A stretch of DNA of 63,599 bases, counting the filler. It is 13 parts of 13 records of this genome, joined end to end, with 100 filler letters (N's around TTAATTAATTAA, not from the genome) between each part and the next. Parts side by side here need not be neighbours in the genome. Positions count along the whole stretch, not along the records: positions 54,099 to 58,657 come from SRR15195285_2904; positions 58,758 to 63,599 come from SRR15195285_2906; 11 more parts are not named here. One strand, written 5' to 3'. Below, one piece after another: positions 55,631-63,599 of the stretch. How positions within the stretch are numbered: position 1 is the first letter of the stretch; each line of letters opens with the position of its first letter. The notes under the pieces are model-generated. The model worked only from the letters and a program-made list of their open reading frames with translations, was not told the DNA's origin and searched no databases. The translations under genes were made by a program, and so were the position numbers.

Positions 55631-58464
55631 TCAATCACTGTCGCTGTCTAGCCCAGTGGTGAGGCCACTGAATATATCACTGCGCCCCCCGCCAGCTGCA
55701 GCCGCTGCGTCAGCTCCAATCAAGTCAGCCTCCTCGGCCTCGCGGGTATCCCTCTCGGCGGCGCCTTCTGGCCTGTGTTTTACAGGCAGCACTGCGTCCA
55801 CGCCGAGCAGCTGAGCAGTAACCTCCAGCGCCACGCAGATGACGCCCCACTTCCCCGCTGCTGACTCTATCACACCAGCTCCACAAATGCTTTCCGCATC
55901 TGCCGTTTTCAGCACGCAACCTGTGGATAGGTCGCTCCGAAACCCACCGCACACTATTTGTGTTCCATCTGCAGCAGCAGTGCCGCATTCACCACTTGTC
56001 TTGCAGAAGACCGACGGCCTGAGTGCTGTGGGTCCTCCGAGCCTTGCCATCTTAGCCGCAGCCTCGAGGAACTGAATCGCAATCCGGCGGTCGTGGTTCG
56101 TCCGCGTGCTTCCGGCCTGTGAAACTGTTGCACCCCCACCCAATGCATTGGCATGTAGTCGGCGGCTCACCGCTACCAGTCCAGCATGCAGTGATTTCAG
56201 CCCGAGGCTTTCTTCCTCCCATCTGAATGAGCCAGCCGACATGTGCCCAATATCTAGACCCTCACGTGCGTCCTCAGCTTTGCCACAGCGTCTTGACATA
56301 TGGAGTGTCTGCTGTTCCAATGCAGCTGCTAGACCTAGCTCTACAACTGTTCCGCCCGGTACTACTGCAAATATCTCTTCCTGAGTAGAACACGTACCGC
56401 AGCAACGCACGGTGCACGTCAGGATACACGCGCGCGCAACTCATGCACACGAGGACATGGAGCCAAACAGACTGAAGCAGAAAGACAAAGACCAAAGGCA
56501 AACAGTCTCACCATCTCGTCCTCGCTCCCAGCTTGGGTCGGAATGAACGACGACAGAGGGTTGTAAGCAAACTTTGCTCGTTCCTCGCTCTCTGAGCCAC
56601 CACCACCAGCCACTCCAGCGCACTCCAAACCACTGGCTGGTAGCCAGCAGCAGCAGGCATCTAGCGCAGCGATGCAACGGTCAAGCAGTCTAGCGTACAG
56701 TGCAAGCAACGCCTTTCCTGGACCCCGCAGCACAAGTGTACGCGCCGCCAGTTGTAACTCTGGACGAGGATGCAGTAGCCGAAAATGAATGAATTCCTTT
56801 CCCCCGACAGTCTCGGACTTTACGGACGAAGCAGTCCCAATGAATCCTCCACCCCAGTCGTCTGACCAAGTCAGGTCCGGAGCTGTCGAACCGTCGGTCG
56901 CTTCGAGTCCGTCGTCGCTTGTTAGGTAAGGAATCTCAGCAGCAACCACGGCCCCAGCAGCGTGTGCGAGCATTTGCAACTCTTCCTTCTCTACGCATTG
57001 TACTACTGCAACGCCGAGTTCAGAGCACACCGCAGCAAGAGCCTCGCTCACCGGCCGTGCTGACACAATCAATTCTACTCCGCATCTCTGCACAAGGTCT
57101 AAGACTAGTCGCCTCAGCCTGCGACTGTTCCATTGCTCCAGCTCGTTGTCAACTGATTCACTATGTGCCTGTGCAACCTCTAGGCTTGTGCGGCGTATTC
57201 CAGACTCGGTGGACGTGTTCTCCAGGGCTACGCCAAGAAGTACGAAACGGACACTACCGCCGTCCTTGCCATGGCCATGAGATTCAGCAGCAACGCCCAC
57301 GTGCTGCTGATGGTGCGGGTGGAAACTCCCGCACAACAGCACACCATCCACAACGCGCGAGCTTGAAACCCCGGCACCCTGAACCGCGGCCATAAGGGGA
57401 CCCATGCGACGTATGTTGGACAAGTGCTCTTTCAGGCCGATCACTGCACCCCGCTGCCGGTTCTGCCGCCGCAGCTGCTGCTGCAGGTCCTCTGTGGCGG
57501 TGCCGATATCTTCTAGATGGAGATTGCTGGCGCGAACTGCCAACGAAAGCCCACGTGTCGGTCCGCTGAGCAGTCGGACTGCCCAGCGTTGACCCTTTGG
57601 ACGGTAGAGTTCGACTACGCCAACAACACCGTTGTGCTGCGCAGCATTGCGGAGGCCACTGATCGTGACCTTGCAGCCAGGTTTAATTCGACTACCCACG
57701 GCATTACCAGCCGCTAAGTCTGCACCAGCAATGGGGGCAGCATCCACTGCCTCACACCAGGGCACCAGGATGGACTCCAGCAGCAATTCCACAAGGGTCT
57801 CCACTGGGGCTGCTGGACCTAGCGTGGGCGCAACAATCGTCCGAACGATGCCCCGTGCCAGCGGCAGCAACTGCCGTGTGTCGGACGTACGCACAGACAC
57901 GACGTGTGCACGGAAAAGCGGCAGCAGCAGCGGTTCAAGCTGCTCCTGCTTGAGCCGCATCATCGCGCGTCTGTACTGCAGCAGCCGACGGTGCTTACTG
58001 CTCGCTGCTGCGGCAATCCCGACCCACCCCTCAGCCTGGCGCAGCAGCTCTGCCAGCAGAAGGATCAGTGTGCTGCTTCCATCGCCCGCCAACGCTTGTA
58101 GCTTGGCGGCAGCGCTGGCGATCACCTGAGCTGTGGGGTTCGACAGAGCTAGTGTCTGCAGCACAGTGTCGCCCGAGCTGCTCACGACCAGCTCGCCCGG
58201 CTTGTGCAGCGACCTGCCCATCCCACCAAACAGCACGGTCGATCAACATCCACAGACACAGCAGTACAGGACTCCAATGCAAAAACTAACAAGTGGTCGA
58301 TCGATCGGCAACGACGGAAGGAATCAGGGGCAATGAATTGCGTGTGTGGCTGCTCCCGGTACGTACCGCACGAAGCGATCGCAGCCCAGCGGCCCGAAGG
58401 CGGTCGCCACGCATGCCTCCAGCGAGCGACCGATGACACAGGTCGCAGCGAGCTGATCCGCCAT
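55631..58464 (-). CDS. BBS10: BBS10-like chaperonin-fold protein (3 exons)
   Basis: MADQ...SLEACVATAFGPLGCDRFVR|SLHKPGELVVSSSGDTVLQTL...P.AQVI.......AGDGSSTLILLLAELLR, VAVVQCV, TLVLRGP, VVPGG..VELGL, and VIESAAGKW......TAQLLGVDAVLPVKHRP. These parallel the BBS10 N- and C-termini, with a degenerate GDGTT motif. Confidence 0.72.
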
Positions 58465-58951
58465 ATTGATACTATGAATTGGCGAGCCGCCCATAAATGC
58501 AGCGCCAACGCTGTTGCCGCATCATTGCGCCCGACCCCACTAGCTAGCGCCAGCGACCCAGCCACAGACCCGCCACCAGCACGAGCACCTGGCGGTGCGT
58601 GGCGTCCCCTGGCAGCAACAATCTCTAAATCAGGTCTTCGAATGCATGTGCCCAGGTNNNNNNNNNNNNNNNNNNNNNNNNNNNNNNNNNNNNNNNNNNN
58701 NTTAATTAATTAANNNNNNNNNNNNNNNNNNNNNNNNNNNNNNNNNNNNNNNNNNNNGCTGCTGCTGCTGCTGCTGCTGCTGCTCCCAAGGCTAGCCCTT
58801 GCCGTCCGTCGGTCGTCGTCGGCCTGCCCTCGCGACTGCTTGCCCGCATGAGTTGCGCTTCCGTTCGCGTGGCACGTACTAAGTCACTGTCCTGAGCCGC
58901 TCCCGTTTTTTGGCGGTTTGGTTGGTTGGTATTCGTTCTGACGCGGCGCAG

Positions 58952-61355
58952 AGGGTCCCGGGACGCACCGGCAAGCAGTGTCGCGAGCGCTGGACGTCCA
59001 AGGTGCGCGCGCCACCGCCACGCCAGGCCAGCCCGCCGCCGTGTGCCCACGCCCCTCGCCGCCGCTCGTTACGCTAACCGACGCTCGCGTGCCCCCCGCG
59101 CAGCTCGACCCGAGCGTCCGCCAGGAGCCGTGGTCCAAGCAAGAAGACGCGAAGCTGATCTCCTCGCAGGCCAAGTACGGCGGACGATGGAGCAAGATCT
59201 CTCGATCGCTGCCTGGACGGTCGGAGGCCGCCGCGCGGCAGCGGTGGGCGATTCTTTCGCAGACCAAGATGTCCAATTCTGGGCTGCCGCTGGAGCTGGG
59301 CAAAGGCAAGCGGGAGCGCAGCCCGGCGATCTCGCCCCCGCCGCCAGCCCCGCGGCCACCGACATTTTACCAGGAGCTCGCGTCGCCTGCCATCCGAGGT
59401 AACTTACACGCACACAGGCGCACATGCCAAGCCCGCTCTCTTTGGAGATCGGCATCCGCTCGCTCGTTCCGGGCTCCGTGTGTGTGTGCGAGCTTGTGGC
59501 TCATGGGCTGCTTCTGTGCTGTTGTAGGCGAGTCGCACGGCGGGACCACTCCGTTAGCCCCGGGCCTCGACGTACTCGCGTCACCAAGCAAACGCCGCAG
59601 AAACCTCGTCTTGCGCGCGGGGTCTGACGGCCTGCTGTTGCCCGACGACGCAACTTCTGCCGTTCAGCAAGAGCAGGAGTGTACGGCCCCGCCAGCCCCC
59701 GCGGGCGCTGTCGCGGGGAAGCCCGGGGACAAAGGGAAAGAGGCAGTTCAGCCGTACACGGTGCGCTTCGCGTGCTCACCCGAACGCTCCCAACACCGCA
59801 GACGGCCAGCACTTCAGTACTGATTCTCCGCCCGACTGGCCGTCCACAACGCAGGGGGCAGACGTCGATGCGTACGACCTCATCCCGACTGTGCCGTCAT
59901 GGAAAGCGCCCGAGACTCCCTTGGAAATCAACGTGGGTGACTCGGAGGCTTCTGAGGACAGCTCTTCGAACGAGGATGACGCTCAGGCGCACTGGCAGCG
60001 GAGCACGGCTGCTGAGATGCGGAGCCCTCTCGGTAAGTGGCACGACTACTGCCGATGCGTGAGCTAGCGTGCGGTCGTGACGTTTGTTGCTCGGGTGTAG
60101 GTGACGGCGATGGAATGTTTTCGAACAACAACGAGGGACGGAAAGCACTCGTGCGTCAGACAACACACGCTCGACTTTCGTTCTGCTCACTCGTTAGTTG
60201 GTCCGGTTTGCGGGCCCCTGAACTGCGTGCACACTGAAGCAACTCCCCGCTCCCACGATTGCGCAGGCGGATGTGGCGAAGACAACCGCTGACGACGATG
60301 CTGATGAGGTCCAGGTATGCCTGCCCGCCCACAGATGCACACAGACCACCACACTTCGGTACACGCTGACGTATTGACGCGTTGCTTGTGCCTATAGTTG
60401 CGGAGGACGGCGAGCTTCGGCAGTAGCGCGGTAGCGGCGGTATCCAAGGACCTCTTCCTTTCATTGCACCAAGAGACGGAGGCGGCGGTGGCTGCAGCTG
60501 CTGCTGCTGCGGCAGCTGGGGGTGTCGTCGATGATGGAGTGAGCATGGCTCTGGCCCGGTCCTGCCAGAATACCACATTCTGCCCGCAGGTATGCTGCAC
60601 ACTACGCTGTTTCAGTGTGTGCGCAAGTCCTGCGTGTCCTGACCTAATGTCAATCTTGCAGGATGAGGAGTTTCTCTATCGGCGGGGTAGCAGCGTGGCG
60701 TTCAAGCCGGTTCCGAAAACGCTCCTCCAGGGCAAGGATGCGCAGGATTTCCACGCCGAGCTGCACGTACCGACCGATGGCAACGAGCTGCAGAGAACCC
60801 TGACTTCGTCTGTGCTGCGGGACTGGGCGACCAACACAAACACCGGCCGGTCTTCGGTGGGTAGGAATAACGCCTCTGGGACCAGCACTGCCAGAGATTG
60901 TGGGGAGCAAGTTGGGGCGTTGTTGTCGGTGAGTGAACACTGATAGTCGCTCAGCCAACAGTTGCCATGGCCATTTACGCAAGCTCTTGCCTACCTCGCA
61001 GCCATCGCGCAACAGATGTACCATCCGCTAACACGCTGTCTTCGCGCACAGGAGGGACTGAAGAAGCGACAGCAGCAGGCCTCAGCCTCAGGCGCAGGTG
61101 GTGCGGGAGTCCAACTGCATGAGTCTCAGAAGGCCGCACTTCATCGGGACTTACTGTTTCGGTGAGAACGCACCCAGGCAACCGTTTGAACTCTGAGAAT
61201 TCGCATCTAAAACATACCCTTACGTCCACATCAGACTGTTCTGGAGCGGATCTAAGGACGAGAAGGGAAAGAGTGTGGCGCCAGAGACGGCGCCATCAAC
61301 GCAGCCGCAGAGAACGGCAAACAGCAAGGGAGCTTCCATAAACATGCTGAGATGA
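58952..61355 (+). CDS. Myb-domain transcription factor (5' truncated, multi-exon; downstream exon structure uncertain)
   Basis: [65 protein letters not shown], followed by several GT-AG-bounded low-complexity exons ending in TGA at 61353-61355. Confidence 0.75.
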
Positions 61356-61770
61356 CCAGGATGATCACATTGCAAGCATCAGGCACTCCATCAGGCAGGG
61401 AAGACCGTGCGCGTGATGCGCCTGTAGAAAAGCATGTGTGTCAACTTCTCATGGCGCATGGGGTGGGAAAGAGGCGCACCACTTTGGCCAGTACAGGCCC
61501 ATTCTAGTGCTTCAGAGAAATTGCAGTGGCAATATTGTGAGGATTCAGGCATACAATACATGAGACATAATAATTCATCAGATTTTGATGCGAAATGACT
61601 GGGGTTTGGCAAGCTCTTTGCACACATGCCTTGTGCCTCACAGCTTGACCTTGTTCCGTGTCACATACCTGCTCAACCGATACGCCTCTTGATCAGAGGA
61701 GATGGATGGCACGACAAAAGAAGAAGAGAAGTGAGAAGCAAAGGGTTGCCCGGAAGCCTCCGAGGCAAAA

Positions 61771-63229
61771 TCATTTGTGGGGTAGGTACGGGTTCTCGTT
61801 GTACGGTAGTGTGAAAAATGCCTGGAGCATTGGCGCAAGTTTTTTGCGTGAGGCTTTCATGCCCAGCTGCTCGTAGACCAGCACCTCGCCACCCCCTGGT
61901 AGGTGTTGCGAGGGGAGCTGCTGCAGGTTCAGCTCCTCCAGCGACTCCAGGTAGTAAGACAGCTTGGGGGCTAGTCCCGGGGAGCTGCAGTACAGCAGCA
62001 TCTGACGGTGGCCGTCGAAACCTGGCTGCGGAGTCACATCTGGGTCCTTCGAAAAAGACATCATCATCAACATATCGAGACCCTTCGTAGCAGCGAACGT
62101 CGCTAGCGCGTCCGTTAAGTCTCGCCCACCGTCCGCCGTCGCCGCAAGCTTCTCAATCGAAACTAACGTCGACGAAATTCCGTAGTTCATGCCACCCTCA
62201 GCGTACTGCTTGTAGTCGGCGCGAAGCAGGTCGCGCGGCGGCACCGAGGCCCAGTACACTGGGTCAAACTTATCGGCGGCAAGCTTCTTGTAGAAGGCAT
62301 CTTGCACCGGCAGCGAACCTTTCGGGCACGTGTCATAAAGACTTTTCACCGTGGAGATGTCGAGAAGCTGCGTCTTCGACTGGTCGCCAAGGTTGGAGGT
62401 GTCGATGAGTATGCCAGCCAGCAGCAGCTTGCCGAGCAGCGGCTCACCGCGAAAGAGCTCCGGCGCGTCCCTTAGGATCTGTTGCGCCACGAGCGTGCAG
62501 CAGGAGCCCATGGCGCTGTCGGCTGCGAGCCCGGCCTCAGCTCCGTACCCGATGGTGCGCATGTCACCTGCGACGTGCGGCGATGCGCCGTCGTCCTTGT
62601 GATGGTCGACGATGCGCACGACTGCGGACGGCAGCTCGAGCGACACCTGTCTTGGCGTCATGGCGTTGTGGTCGACCAGAGTAAGCCGCAGCCGCTTCTC
62701 GGTGTGCAGCCGCCGCATGTCGCTGTCGCTCAGCGCGTCGTCGGTGGCGTTGCCGCCGAAAACGAGCAGCTCGTCCCCTACGCCGACGCTGCGCAGCAGA
62801 CTGACCGTCTCCGCACGCAGGCTGTAGTCGGCGCGCGGGCACTGCACCAGCGGCAGCACGATGGTCCCCGGGCTCGCCAGCCTGTGCGCGGTGAGATAGG
62901 CCATGCAGATGGCGGTGATGATCGAGTCCGCGTCAGACGCCTGGTTCCCGACAACCACCCAGTACCTGCTCCGACCAAATCGAGCCGCACGCCCCTCAGC
63001 TAGATGCGACGCACACAAGAGACTCACAGAACGATGGCGGCGGCAGCTGACAAGAGAGAGGGGGAGAGAGCAAGAGAGCCATGCATCTGTGGAGTACATA
63101 CGGCGCCCCCGCGACGAGCCCGCCCGCCACCGCCGCCTCGTCCCTCGCCGCTCTGAGGAACTCCTTCAGACCCAGCCTCGGCGTCTCTCTGCCAGCGCAC
63201 GCCGCCTCCGGCGCCGCCACCGTCGCCAT
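61771..63229 (-). CDS. Exopolyphosphatase PPX1/PRUNE family (DHH/DHHA2)
   Basis: VVGNQASDADS, LTLVDHN, IVDHHKD, GSCCTLV, GILIDT, LLRADYKQY and SRKKLAP. Short first exon LKEFLRAAR, then an intron. Confidence 0.88.
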
Positions 63230-63599
63230 CGCCGCCGCCGCCGCCGCCAGCGAGCACCCGAGCAGCTGCCGCCCCGTCAGCAGCTGCCCCCTGCCACCCG
63301 CCAGCCCCGCCCTGGCTGGGCGCCGACACGCACCACTCCCTACAACGCACCACTCCCTACCCACAACATAGCCAGAGCCGACGCCCTTCATCGGCACCTG
63401 CCAGACCACAGCACGACGGCGCTCCAGAGTCACAGGCAGGCCACACCCACGCCGTACGCGAATGAGACCGTGCGCTCTCTACCCTGTGTTCCGTCCGACA
63501 AAGCGCACAGACACACAGACGCACACACACACGCACGTACAGACGCATAGACGCACAGAAACACAGCGGCACAGAGCCACAGAGCCACAGAGGCACACA

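Noticed and set aside
58600-58620. RFX X-box-like sequence upstream of the BBS10-like gene (also near 11611 and 44446)
   Set aside because: The matches are imperfect and mostly at 3' ends, and RFX factors are not expected outside Amorphea. Treated instead as the 3' palindrome observation.

Overview
This window is not one continuous locus. It is 13 short contigs (about 3.3-7 kb each) joined by 12 artificial 100-nt linkers (44 N + TTAATTAATTAA + 44 N), so gene neighbourhoods only mean something within a contig. The DNA is from a GC-rich, gene-dense eukaryote with GT-AG spliceosomal introns. It is a flagellated protist (CYB5D1, CFAP144/FAM183-like, BBS10-like) with a plant/bacterial-type AHCY that carries the ~40-aa insertion. 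The frequent EPEPEP/PAPAP tracts resemble Picozoa-type single-cell/MAG assemblies, but that taxonomy is only an impression. About 27 genes or fragments are recognisable: CCT3, AHCY, CYB5D1, two Myb factors, ABTB1, a PPX1/PRUNE exopolyphosphatase, a METTL21-like methyltransferase, DUF547, DUF1769, an HpcH aldolase, an FAD oxidoreductase, a PAF-AH-like esterase, an EEP hydrolase and others. The most interesting items are: (1) an intronless kinase-ZU5 protein whose ZU5 ends at an F|S site directly before an amphipathic helix and two beta-trefoil-like repeats; (2) a multi-pass membrane protein with a cytosolic TIR-like domain, next to an ADP-ribosyltransferase-like remnant; (3) a synapsin homologue fused to a SAP motif; (4) an unrecognised 4-Cys extracellular module shared by a head-to-head gene pair, with a similarly spaced module inserted in the S3-S4 loop of an EF-hand Kv channel; (5) a candidate box C/D snoRNA in the AHCY intron; (6) recurring palindromic motifs in promoter and terminator regions. 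All family calls are by-eye motif recognition and no database search was run.
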